17,644 nt of DNA. Origin: an uncultured bacterium (lineage in GTDB: Bacteria; Abyssobacteria; SURF-5). The DNA is taken from contig CAZSKP010000061.1 in assembly GCA_964607485.1 (NCBI GenBank), positions 1-17,644 of the forward strand. Reading direction: 5' to 3'. The number at the start of each line of letters is the position of its first letter. The first letter of the stretch is position 1. Position numbers and translations under genes: made by a program. Shown here in pieces: positions 7,944 to 16,215 of this stretch. The notes beneath the pieces were generated by a model. It saw only the letters and a program-made list of their open reading frames with translations. It did not search any database and was not told where the DNA came from.

Positions 7944-8948
7944 TTATCTAGAAGCCACCTCCAGGACAGCCGCGCCACGGATGTCCGCCCGCTTGAGGCG
8001 TTCGAGCACGCGGTTCGCCTCCGACAGCGGAAACGTCTCGACCTCGGTGTGAATGGGAATCTCCGAGGCGAGCCGCAGCAGGTCCTCTGCGTCGCGGCGC
8101 GTGCTGTTGGCCACGCTTCGCACCGTGCGTTCGCCGTAGAGCAGGCTGTACTCCATCTGCGGGATGGGACTCATGTGGATGCCCGCAAGCGCGAGCGTGC
8201 CGCCCTTTCGCAAGACCCTCAACGCCTCCGGCACGAGCTCGCCCGCCGGAGCGAAGATTATGGCGCTTTCCAGAGCCTTCGGCGGAGAGTCGCCGGCGCG
8301 GCCCGTCCAGGCGGCACCGAGTTCTTCGGCGTGTTTTCGATGGGCCTCACCCCGGCTGAACACATACACCTCACAGCCCCAATGGCACGCTACCTGTATC
8401 GTCACGTGAGCCGACGCGCCGAACCCGTAAAGCCCCAGCCGCCGGCCCGGCTCCACGCCGCTCAGCCTGAGCGCGCGGTAACCAATTATCCCGGCGCACA
8501 GCAGAGGAGCGGCCTGCAGGTCGGGAAAACCGTCGGGGATGGGATAGGAAAACTCGGCGGGCGCGATTGCGTATTCCGCATATCCGCCGTCAGCATGCAG
8601 CCCTGTGAAGCGGGCCTCGTCGCACAAATTTTCAACGCCGCGCTCGCAATATTCACAGCGGCCGCACGTCGAGTGCAGCCACGGCACCCCGACCCTGTCG
8701 CCTAATCCGAACCGCGTGACATCGGCGCCGACGGCTTCCACCACCCCCACGATCTGGTGACCGGGGACGACGGGCAGCTTGGGCAGAGAGAGGTCGCCCT
8801 CGACCGTGTGCAGGTCGGTGTGGCACACCCCGCAGGCGTGGACTCGTATGCGAATTTCCGTCGGCCCGGGAGTCGGCTCGCGCAAATCCGTCTCCGCCAG
8901 CGGGTGTTCGGCCACGGGCCGCGGCTGTTTAAGGATCATTGCTCGCAT
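7944..8948 (-). CDS. Zinc-binding alcohol dehydrogenase family protein (MDR superfamily, TIGR02822-like)
   Basis: CGVCHTDLH, GHQIVG (Q in place of the usual GHE, typical of this subfamily), structural Zn site CGRCEYC...NLC, and LYGFGASAH. Start trimmed to MRAMILKQP at 8948. Confidence 0.92.
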   Translation of the reverse strand: MRAMILKQPRPVAEHPLAETDLREPTPGPTEIRIRVHACGVCHTDLHTVEGDLSLPKLPVVPGHQIVGVVEAVGADVTRFGLGDRVGVPWLHSTCGRCEYCERGVENLCDEARFTGLHADGGYAEYAIAPAEFSYPIPDGFPDLQAAPLLCAGIIGYRALRLSGVEPGRRLGLYGFGASAHVTIQVACHWGCEVYVFSRGEAHRKHAEELGAAWTGRAGDSPPKALESAIIFAPAGELVPEALRVLRKGGTLALAGIHMSPIPQMEYSLLYGERTVRSVANSTRRDAEDLLRLASEIPIHTEVETFPLSEANRVLERLKRADIRGAAVLEVASR

Positions 8949-9003
8949 GGTTGGGCGGATTTTTCTCCGAGAAGATTTCGAGAATGACCCATGCCTAGCA
9001 AGA

Positions 9004-9032
9004 ATTCTACAAGGGAGGACCGAAGAAATCAA
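9004..9032 (-). promoter_or_regulatory. Sigma70 promoter for the ADH-DUF2914 transcript
   Basis: Minus strand TTGATT, 17-bp spacer, TAGAAT, about 55 nt upstream of ATG 8948. Confidence 0.55.
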
Positions 9033-9140
9033 GTTTCGCCCGATATCGTCGCTCGCCATGGCATTTGACCGGGGAGTTAGCCCGCTGCCAGGAGGCGCTA
9101 TAGCAAAGTGCACCTGCTAATGAGACGCAGAGCCAGGCCC

Positions 9141-9170
9141 TTGCAATGATTTGTGACGCAATGATATAAT
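9141..9170 (+). promoter_or_regulatory. Sigma70 promoter for the tyrS cluster
   Basis: TTGCAA (9141-9146), 18-bp spacer, extended TG-A-TATAAT (9165-9170). It overlaps the ORF-track ATG at 9169, which argues for a downstream start codon. Confidence 0.6.
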
Positions 9171-9222
9171 GGCGCGTGAGGAGCATTACTCCCACGGCAT
9201 TTTGCAGGCAGGGGACACCCAA

Positions 9223-10443
9223 TTGACGCCTGAAGAACAGCTCAAAACAATCAATCGTGGCGCCGCCGAAATCATCACGGAAGAGGAACTCCTGAGAAAG
9301 CTCAGGCGCTCCAAGGAAACGGGCAAGCCGCTGAAAATAAAGGCCGGCTTCGACCCGACCGCTCCCGACCTGCACATAGGCAGCGCGGTCGTTCTCAGAA
9401 AAATGAAACACTTTCAGGACCTCGGCCACGAGGCCATTTTCCTGATAGGCGATTTCACGGGAATGATCGGCGACCCATCGGGCAAAACCGAAACGCGAAG
9501 GCTCCTGTCCCGGGAGGAAATAGCTGAAAACGCGAAAACCTACGAGAAACAGATATACAAGATACTCGACCCCGACAGGACCCGGGTCGTGTTCAACAGC
9601 GAGTGGTGCGGGAAGATGACGTTCGGGGACGTGATCGGGCTCACGTCACGTTACACGGTGGCGCGCCTGCTCGAGCGGGACGACTTTGCGAAGCGCATGG
9701 CCGCCAATCAGCCCATCAGCGTTCTCGAATTGCTGTACCCACTCGTTCAGGGATATGACTCGGTCGCACTCGAGGCCGACGTGGAACTCGGCGGGACCGA
9801 CCAGAAGTTCAACCTGCTCGTCGGACGCGTCATGCAGCGTGAATACGGGCAGGAGCCTCAAGTCGTCCTCACGATGCCTTTGCTCGAAGGAATGGACGGC
9901 GTGCAAAAGATGAGCAAGAGCCTCGGCAACCACATCGGCATCAACGAGCCGCCCGACGAGATATACGGAAAGACGATGTCCATCGCCGACGAGCTCATGT
10001 GGAAATATTTCGCGCTGGCCACCGAGGTGCCGGAGAACGAAATCGAGGAAATGAAGGGGCAGGTTGAATCGGGCTCGATGCACCCGAAACAGGCGAAGCA
10101 GAGGCTCGCGCGCGAAATCGTCTCCCTGTATCACGGGCAAGCCGAGGCGCTCGCCGCCGAGAAGGGATTCGAAAGGGTGTTCGCGCGGAAGGAGCTGCCC
10201 GAAGCGATACCCCCACTCAAGCTCAGTCGAACCGACCTCAGCAACGGCAAGATATGGATAATAAAGCTGCTCGTGCGCGCGGGGTTCGCCCAGTCGAACG
10301 CCGAGGCGCGAAGGCTGATACAGCAGGGCGGCGTCAAGATAAATCAACAGGAGATCACGGGCGACAACCATGACATCAGCATAAGAAACGGCGATGTGCT
10401 CCAAGCGGGCAAGCGCCGGTTTGCGCAGGTTTCTATAGAATGA
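9223..10443 (+). CDS. tyrS: Tyrosine--tRNA ligase
   Basis: [15 protein letters not shown] (HIGH-like), [36 protein letters not shown] and a C-terminal S4 domain ([17 protein letters not shown]). Probable start TTG 9223 with AGGGG RBS. Confidence 0.97.
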   Translation: MTPEEQLKTINRGAAEIITEEELLRKLRRSKETGKPLKIKAGFDPTAPDLHIGSAVVLRKMKHFQDLGHEAIFLIGDFTGMIGDPSGKTETRRLLSREEIAENAKTYEKQIYKILDPDRTRVVFNSEWCGKMTFGDVIGLTSRYTVARLLERDDFAKRMAANQPISVLELLYPLVQGYDSVALEADVELGGTDQKFNLLVGRVMQREYGQEPQVVLTMPLLEGMDGVQKMSKSLGNHIGINEPPDEIYGKTMSIADELMWKYFALATEVPENEIEEMKGQVESGSMHPKQAKQRLAREIVSLYHGQAEALAAEKGFERVFARKELPEAIPPLKLSRTDLSNGKIWIIKLLVRAGFAQSNAEARRLIQQGGVKINQQEITGDNHDISIRNGDVLQAGKRRFAQVSIE

Positions 10444-10473
10444 TATTTGGTGGTTCTTCACAAGGAGGCAGGA

Positions 10474-10803
10474 ATGGCTAGTGATAAGATCGTCCACGTG
10501 ACCGATGCCGATTTCGAAGAAAAAGTCCTGAAGAGTTCGCTTCCCGTGGTGGTCGATTTCTGGGCGGAGTGGTGCGGACCATGCCGGATGGTGGCCCCCA
10601 CGATAGAGGAGCTTGCCAAGGAGTGCGAGGGCAAAGCGGTGATAGCGAAGTTGAATGTGGACGAAAACAAGCAGACTCCCACGGAGCATAAGATACACGC
10701 CATTCCGACGATGATATTTTTCAGAGACGGCAAAGAAATGGCTAGGCTCGTCGGCGCCGAGTCGAAGGCCGCAATAAAGGCGAAGATAGACGCGATGCTG
10801 TGA
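10474..10803 (+). CDS. trxA: Thioredoxin
   Basis: VVVDFWAEWCGPCRM active site, AIPT cis-Pro loop, AAGGAGG RBS before ATG 10474. Confidence 0.96.
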   Translation: MASDKIVHVTDADFEEKVLKSSLPVVVDFWAEWCGPCRMVAPTIEELAKECEGKAVIAKLNVDENKQTPTEHKIHAIPTMIFFRDGKEMARLVGAESKAAIKAKIDAML

Positions 10804-10855
10804 CCATCCTGCCGCGAGTGCGCGCGGCAACGATGCCGTAAAGGGGGGCTCACAC

Positions 10856-11425
10856 ATGGACGCCCCGCAGCAGTTGCTTGACGAAGCTGAACGAAAGTTT
10901 CTGCTCGAAGTCGCTCGCAAGACAATCGTCGAATACGTTACCGACAATACAACGCCCGATTTCACCAGCGACAATCCCAAGTTTAAACAAAAACGCGGGG
11001 CGTTCGTCACCCTGCATGAGAAAAGCGGTGCCCTGAGAGGGTGCATCGGATACGTCGAACCCATCAAGCCGCTCCTGCAAACAATCATAGACATGTCCAT
11101 TGCTTGCTCAACCAGAGACCCCAGGTTTCACGCCGTCGCCCCCGACGAGTTTCCCGACCTCGACCTGGAAATATCTGTGCTCAGTCCGCTCGAAGAGGTC
11201 CGCGATGCCGAAAAAGTCCGCGTCGGCGAGCACGGACTCATGATAAGAAAAGGGTCTTCATCTGGTTTGCTCTTGCCGCAGGTTCCCGTCGAATTCGGCT
11301 GGGACCGCTTGCAGTTCCTCAAGGAGACCTGCCGGAAGGCCGGCCTTGCGGGCAACGCGTGGGAGGAGCCCGACGCGGCGCTCTATATATTCTCCGCACA
11401 GGTGTTCGGAGAGAGCCTGCTCTGA
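10856..11425 (+). CDS. amrA: AmmeMemoRadiSam system protein A (AMMECR1 family)
   Basis: GAFVTLH, LRGCIG signature, DPRF, EISVLS, GLLLPQVP, CRKAG. Confidence 0.93.
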   Translation: MDAPQQLLDEAERKFLLEVARKTIVEYVTDNTTPDFTSDNPKFKQKRGAFVTLHEKSGALRGCIGYVEPIKPLLQTIIDMSIACSTRDPRFHAVAPDEFPDLDLEISVLSPLEEVRDAEKVRVGEHGLMIRKGSSSGLLLPQVPVEFGWDRLQFLKETCRKAGLAGNAWEEPDAALYIFSAQVFGESLL

Positions 11426-11492
11426 AAGCCTGCTCTGGATCGGCAGTCCAGGGCATATTTTTTTGGTGACATGCGTAGGGGAAGTGGTGACG

Positions 11493-12344
11493 ATGCCTCG
11501 ACAACAGTATGCGGCCAACTTCTACTCGAAGGCCTCGGAAGCCTGGATTGAAAAAGCCCTGAAGGGCTTCGAGCCGCCGAGGCTGGACGCGTCTCCCGTC
11601 GCAGGACTGGTTCCTCACGCGGGCTGGGAATTTTCCGGAGCAGTGGCGGCCAAGGTCTTCAGAACAATAAGATCCCAGAGGGAGCCGGAAACGCTTGTTC
11701 TCTTCGGAACGGTTCATCGGAGCATTCCCGATAACGCTGTCTATTCCCGCGGCTCCTGGCTGACGCCGTTCGGCGAGGTGATGATAGACGAAGACCTTGC
11801 CGACCGGATTCTCGAGCAGGTCGGGGATTTCCTCGAGCGGGATGAGTCGGCCCACCAGCATGAACATTCCATCGAGGTGCAGATGCCTTTTCTGAAACAT
11901 TTCTTCCCCCGGGCGAAGGCGGTGCCCATCTCGGTTCTTCCCGACAAGAGGGCGCCCGACATGGGCAGGCGCGTGGGTGAGCTTCTCAAGCAGGACGGGT
12001 CGGATGCGATCATTGTCGGAACGACCGACCTCACCCACTATGGCGACGCCTACTGGTTCACGCCCGGCGGATACGGCCCGGCTGCGCTCGACTGGATGAA
12101 GCGGAACGACGCGCGGATCATCGAGCTTGCGACAGGACTGGAAGCGGAAAAGATTGTGCCTGAAGCGGCCAGGAACCAGAATGCGTGCGGAGCGGGGGCC
12201 ATGGCAGCCACCGTCGCCGCCGCGAAGGCGTTGGGATGCGCCGCAGGCCAAACCATCGAGTACACGACCAGCTACGACGTGATGCCGGAACGCGAATTCC
12301 GTATGGCCGTCGGATATGTCGGGATGATTTTCTGCGGTTCCTGA
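11493..12344 (+). CDS. amrB: AmmeMemoRadiSam system protein B (Memo family)
   Basis: AANFY, VPHAGWEFSG, GTVH, EHSIEVQMPFL, TDLTHYG, NACG, VGY. Start at ATG 11493 or GTG 11487, after an AGGGG RBS. Confidence 0.92.
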   Translation: MPRQQYAANFYSKASEAWIEKALKGFEPPRLDASPVAGLVPHAGWEFSGAVAAKVFRTIRSQREPETLVLFGTVHRSIPDNAVYSRGSWLTPFGEVMIDEDLADRILEQVGDFLERDESAHQHEHSIEVQMPFLKHFFPRAKAVPISVLPDKRAPDMGRRVGELLKQDGSDAIIVGTTDLTHYGDAYWFTPGGYGPAALDWMKRNDARIIELATGLEAEKIVPEAARNQNACGAGAMAATVAAAKALGCAAGQTIEYTTSYDVMPEREFRMAVGYVGMIFCGS

Positions 12345-12360
12345 GAGATTCGGAGGGGTG

Positions 12361-13467
12361 GTGGGAAAGCTCTGGGATAACGTTTGGTTCCGGCTGATCG
12401 TGGTTCTCGGGCTGAGCGCCCTGCTTCTGTGGCTCTGTTATGAGCTACGCAGAATATTGATACCCCTGGCGCTCGCTTTCATCGTCGCGTACATTTTCAA
12501 TCCCCTCGTCGATTCCCTGGAAAAGCGCAAGATACCGCGCGCACTAACCATAGCCGCGCTCCTCGTGCTTATCCTCGCGGTTCTCGCCGGTTCGCTCCTG
12601 ATAGTTGTTCCCAGACTGGTCCGAGAAACGAGCGATCTGGTGCAGTCCGTCCAGCAAAACTTTCCCGCGATACAGAGAGAATTGCAGGACGCGCTCGTGA
12701 GATTCAGTAATTCGCATGTGGCCGAAAAAGTCACCGCTGGCATCGAGGACGCGCTGGGGGCGCTTCAGGACCGCATACCGCAGATGCTGCAATCCATGCA
12801 AAAAGTGTTGGGCAGCATCGTAACCGGCACGTTTGGCGTCGTTGGGTCTATCGTGAACTTTCTGCTTTTCGCGGTCGTGAGCGTGTATCTTCTGAACGAT
12901 TTCAACAAGGTCACGGCCAAAGCGAAACAGCTCATCCCGCTTGCCCACAAAGAGTACGTATTGGGCATCATGGAGAGAATAGATGCGAATCTAAGGAGCT
13001 TCTTCCGCGGCCAATTGATTACGTGCACGATTCTGGCCGTGTTATACGCCATAGGACTCAGCATTGTGGGCGTTCCGTTTGCTTTACTGATAGCGGTCGT
13101 GGGAGGATACGGGCAGGTCGTGCCCTATCTGGGCACGGCGCTGGCGATTGCGCCGGCGGCCCTTCTGGCCCTGATCGAGTTCGGCGATTTCGTTCATCCG
13201 CTTGCCGCCGTGTTGGTCTTTGCGGTCGGCCAGACGCTGGAGGGGTTCGTCATCACTCCCAAGATCATGGGCGAATCCGTCGGGCTGCATCCCGTGGTGA
13301 TTATCCTTGCGATCCTGGTGTTCGGCAACCTGCTCGGTTTTCTGGGAGTACTCCTCGCCGTGCCGCTTGCCGCCGTGCTAAAAGTGCTGTTGGGCGAGGC
13401 GCTCGCGCGTTACAAACAATCCAGCCTGTTTTCGACTCGGACAGATGAAGACTCCACTCCACCCTGA
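12361..13467 (+). CDS. AI-2E family transporter (UPF0118/PerM-like)
   Basis: Multi-pass membrane pattern with LAFIVAYIFNPLVD, FFRGQL, VPYLG, QTLEGFVITPKIMGESVGLHP, GVLLAVPLAA. GGAGG RBS; start GTG 12361 or 12358. Confidence 0.92.
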   Translation: MGKLWDNVWFRLIVVLGLSALLLWLCYELRRILIPLALAFIVAYIFNPLVDSLEKRKIPRALTIAALLVLILAVLAGSLLIVVPRLVRETSDLVQSVQQNFPAIQRELQDALVRFSNSHVAEKVTAGIEDALGALQDRIPQMLQSMQKVLGSIVTGTFGVVGSIVNFLLFAVVSVYLLNDFNKVTAKAKQLIPLAHKEYVLGIMERIDANLRSFFRGQLITCTILAVLYAIGLSIVGVPFALLIAVVGGYGQVVPYLGTALAIAPAALLALIEFGDFVHPLAAVLVFAVGQTLEGFVITPKIMGESVGLHPVVIILAILVFGNLLGFLGVLLAVPLAAVLKVLLGEALARYKQSSLFSTRTDEDSTPP

Positions 13468-14449
13468 TACTTCCGCGATAAGCGTGATCATCACCAACTA
13501 CAACGGCTTGAAGTTTCTGGCCGATTGCATCGACTCCGTCCTGTCTCAAACGCTGAAGCCCGCCGAGGTGCTGGTGGTGGACAACGCATCCACCGATGGC
13601 TCGAGAGAATTCCTGAGGAAACAGTATCCCGGCGTCAAGCTGGTCGAAATGGGCGAAAACGCCGGGTTCGCCCGCGCCGCAAACGCGGGAATCCGCCAAT
13701 CGACGGGCGAGTTCGTGGCGCTTTTGAACAACGACGCCGTGGCCGATGAGGACTGGCTCGAACGCTTGCTCCGTCCGCTCCAGGCCGATGAGGGCGTCGG
13801 CTTCTGCGCCTCCAGGATGCTTTTCCTGTGGAACAAGCAATTGGTCAACAACGCGGGCATCGGGCTGACCGACTACGGGCTGCCGTACGACCGCGGCTTC
13901 TATCTGCCCGACGGCCAGCCGTTCGCCGGCGACCGGCTCGTCTTCGGCGCGTGCGGGGGCGCGGCGATGTTCCGGCGCGATATGCTCGACAGGGTGGGCC
14001 TGTTCGACGAAGACTTCTTCCTCTGCTACGACGACGCCGACCTGAGCTTTCGCGCGCAGCTCATGGGGTACAAGTGCATGTACGTGTCCGACGCGGTCGT
14101 CTATCACGCGGGAGGCGCCACCGTGCCGTATCACGGCGAGACCGCGCGGTTCTATAGCTGCCGCCATCTCGTCGCCGTCACGACGAAAAACATGCCCCGG
14201 CGCCTTCTCCTCCGCCGCATAGGGGCGATAGTGTGGTTCTGTCTCAAGAACACGGCCGCGTCTATCGTCGAACACAGAGACCTGACGAACCTGCGCGGCT
14301 ACCTGTCGGGACTGGCGGCGCTCAGGCGCAACCTCGCGCTGAGGAAACAGATTCAGGCCGGCGCGGTCGTCACGCCCGAATACATCCGCTCGATGATGAC
14401 TTCAAAAAAGCAAATGCTGCTCGAAACCGCTCCCCGCCCTCGCCGGTAG
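13445..14449 (+). CDS. Glycosyltransferase family 2 (WbbL/GT2-like)
   Basis: SVIITNYNG, VVDNASTDGS, NAGFARAANAG, LLNNDA, GLFDEDFFLCYDDADLSFR. Overlaps the AI-2E gene by 23 bp. Confidence 0.92.
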   Translation: MKTPLHPDTSAISVIITNYNGLKFLADCIDSVLSQTLKPAEVLVVDNASTDGSREFLRKQYPGVKLVEMGENAGFARAANAGIRQSTGEFVALLNNDAVADEDWLERLLRPLQADEGVGFCASRMLFLWNKQLVNNAGIGLTDYGLPYDRGFYLPDGQPFAGDRLVFGACGGAAMFRRDMLDRVGLFDEDFFLCYDDADLSFRAQLMGYKCMYVSDAVVYHAGGATVPYHGETARFYSCRHLVAVTTKNMPRRLLLRRIGAIVWFCLKNTAASIVEHRDLTNLRGYLSGLAALRRNLALRKQIQAGAVVTPEYIRSMMTSKKQMLLETAPRPRR

Positions 14450-14502
14450 GCGCAATATGTTAATATGTGTTAGAGTTTTCTGGAAGTCCAAGGATATAAG
14501 AA

Positions 14503-14967
14503 ATGCACTTTAATTTCAAAGCTGAGGCCGAAGTTATATTTGTAACCTTCGCGCTAGTTATTGTTCTATTCATTGCTGTGCCACCTCTTCTTACAAGACT
14601 GCATTCAAAGGATAGAGTCAGGGTAACTACAGATCTTAGGAACATCGCGCAGCTGGCTATTGTGTATGAACAAGAGGAGGGTGCATTCCCGGATTCGTTA
14701 GAGCAATTGGACCGCTTCCTGAAGGGGTCGTTTGAAGTCGAGTTCCCCACCCTCCCCCGAATTGATCCGTGGAAGCATGAATATGAATATTTTAGGGTTT
14801 CCGAAAACCGGGCAGGAATTATATCAAAGGGTCGAAACGACAGCTTAGATACAACTCTTGATTTTTTGTCTACCACTTCGGTGGAGAGACCACTTGCTTC
14901 CAGGGAGGATAAGAGATACTGGCTGACTAAACGAAAAGACGATTGGATATGCATACTCGATTTCTAA
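14503..14967 (+). CDS. Pseudopilin-like protein (T2SS GspG C-terminal-like), orphan
   Basis: N-terminal hydrophobic helix ending in P, then DLRNIAQLAIVYEQEEGAFPDSLEQL and DPWKHEYEY...IISKGRND, matching the GspG DPW-x-x-x-Y-x-Y...S-x-G-x-D pattern. AAGGA RBS. Confidence 0.6.
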   Translation: MHFNFKAEAEVIFVTFALVIVLFIAVPPLLTRLHSKDRVRVTTDLRNIAQLAIVYEQEEGAFPDSLEQLDRFLKGSFEVEFPTLPRIDPWKHEYEYFRVSENRAGIISKGRNDSLDTTLDFLSTTSVERPLASREDKRYWLTKRKDDWICILDF

Positions 14968-15039
14968 TTCAGGGGAAAATGCGGTATGTTCCCATTTCCC
15001 CCAGGCAACCTTGCTTAGGAAGGGGGGCCGGTCCTAAAT

Positions 15040-15366
15040 ATGAATTCCGAGAAAGAATCTGCCGCTCGAACAAGGAATTTAATGATCGTTTCCTGGCACA
15101 TACTTTACCAGATCATCGGTTTCTCGCTTCTCGCATTTTTCTCGAATCGTGGTGCTTTCTTGGTGGCTTTCTATTGTCTAGTTCTAGCCAGATATTACTG
15201 CATGATACGCAGATGGATAGATGACGTGGAAGAGATAAGAATCATGACATTAAGAATCGAGAAGACTGAAAGAGTTGAATGGTTTCTTGGTACGTCCTTC
15301 AGGTTTTCAGTCGTCGTCTTATACCTCCTTTTGGTCCATACAGAAGCTGTGCTTGGCCTGAAATGA
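15040..15366 (+). CDS. Hypothetical membrane protein (about 3 TM segments), 108 aa
   Basis: Hydrophobic segments (ILYQIIGFSLLAFF, GAFLVAFYCLVLA, FSVVVLYLLLV) and an AAGGGGG purine run upstream, within an AT-richer patch. Confidence 0.55.
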   Translation: MNSEKESAARTRNLMIVSWHILYQIIGFSLLAFFSNRGAFLVAFYCLVLARYYCMIRRWIDDVEEIRIMTLRIEKTERVEWFLGTSFRFSVVVLYLLLVHTEAVLGLK

Positions 15367-15457
15367 GAAGTTGGGGCGTCACGAGGGGGTTTACATTAGC
15401 AAACAGAAGAGGGGTCACTTGCTTAAAGGTCCTTCTACCTCCCCTGATAAGGGAAAC

Positions 15458-15486
15458 ATGACAATAATTGCCCGATATGTTAGAGT
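15458..15486 (+). promoter_or_regulatory. Candidate promoter for the small lipoprotein gene
   Basis: ATGACA (15458-15463), 17-bp spacer ending TG-T, TAGAGT (15481-15486). Confidence 0.4.
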
Positions 15487-15522
15487 TGTCGGAGAGCCTG
15501 AACGATATCCGGGGAGGTAAGT

Positions 15523-15687
15523 ATGCGGATTCTATTGATGTTGACGATCATCTTTATTCTCTTGTTTGTCGGGTGCGAGACGACGGCGCCCAAGCGCGAG
15601 GCGTCTGAAAAAACGTCTGACACAACGGAGAGCGTCACGGTCGGCGGCGACATACAGGTGCGCGGGCAGTACTTAAAGAGCAATTGA
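15523..15687 (+). CDS. Small lipoprotein, 54 aa (not in ORF track)
   Basis: GGAGGT RBS 4 nt before ATG. MRILLMLTIIFILLFVGC|ETTAPKREASEKTSDTTESVTVGGDIQVRGQYLKSN has a type II signal peptide with a lipobox-like FVGC. Confidence 0.8.
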   Translation: MRILLMLTIIFILLFVGCETTAPKREASEKTSDTTESVTVGGDIQVRGQYLKSN

Positions 15688-15774
15688 GGCCCACCGACTG
15701 AGAGGACGGGGGCGATACGAACCGCCGCTCGACACAAACCAACAAGGCTGTTAGAAAATATTCCTGTCTCTTTT

Positions 15775-16020
15775 TCATCGACCGCGGTTTCTCTCGGTAA
15801 ATTTCTTCCGTCCTTCGACAGTTGAGGCAAAGAACCTCGAGGCTCTTACATAGTTCTTATTGGGTTTCCTGCATTTCGTGCAGACGGCCTCATCTTCTTT
15901 CTTCCGACCCTCTTGAATGAACAAGCACGAGTGACAAAACAGATTCCGGCATCGAGCGCAGGCTCCACCTTCCTCCGCTTTGAAGTCGATGCCACAAGCG
16001 GCACACTTGAAGGAAATCAT
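15775..16020 (-). CDS. Small 8-Cys zinc-finger protein (FYVE-like spacing), 81 aa
   Basis: C-x2-C-x11-C-x2-C-x4-C-x2-C-x14-C-x2-C, with GAGAGG RBS and an upstream candidate promoter. Confidence 0.75.
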   Translation of the reverse strand: MISFKCAACGIDFKAEEGGACARCRNLFCHSCLFIQEGRKKEDEAVCTKCRKPNKNYVRASRFFASTVEGRKKFTERNRGR

Positions 16021-16064
16021 ATCGTTTCCTCTCGTGGTGGCGCTTAAAGGAAGCGCATATAGAT

Positions 16065-16092
16065 ATTATACCTGATATTTTTGAAGTCACAA
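16065..16092 (-). promoter_or_regulatory. Candidate sigma70 promoter for the zinc-finger gene
   Basis: Minus strand TTGTGA, 16-bp spacer, TATAAT, about 45 nt upstream of ATG 16020. Confidence 0.5.
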
Positions 16093-16215
16093 TCAATTGT
16101 CACCTTCGCAAATCGAATGGGAATCTTGTCGCACTGGCGTTTTCGCCTGTGCTCGACTATAATGGGGCTCATTACGTTGCCTGATTTGTCTGTACTGCTC
16201 AGAAAGGAATTCGGC

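Noticed and set aside
7278..8705. + strand ORFs 7278..7847 and 8049..8705
   Set aside because: They are antisense to the DUF2914 and ADH genes.
9171..9222. T-box leader for tyrS
   Set aside because: The leader is only about 50 nt and has no T-box consensus or terminator.
9646..11100. 484-aa minus-strand ORF
   Set aside because: It is antisense to tyrS, trxA and amrA; long antisense frames are expected in GC-rich coding DNA and it has no motifs.
11319..14275. Long antisense ORFs 11319..12251 and 13301..14275
   Set aside because: They are shadows of amrB and the GT2 gene.
14972..15001. Hairpin GGGGAAAATG/CATTTCCCC between the pseudopilin-like and membrane genes
   Set aside because: It has no U-tract and only one copy is visible, so it cannot be supported as a terminator or REP element.
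14450..15780. Integron cassette array (small AT-rich genes, GTTAGA motifs)
   Set aside because: The motifs (GTTAGAG, GTTAGAA) do not fit GTTRRRY, there are no properly placed RYYYAAC inverse cores or attC hairpins, and no intI is present.
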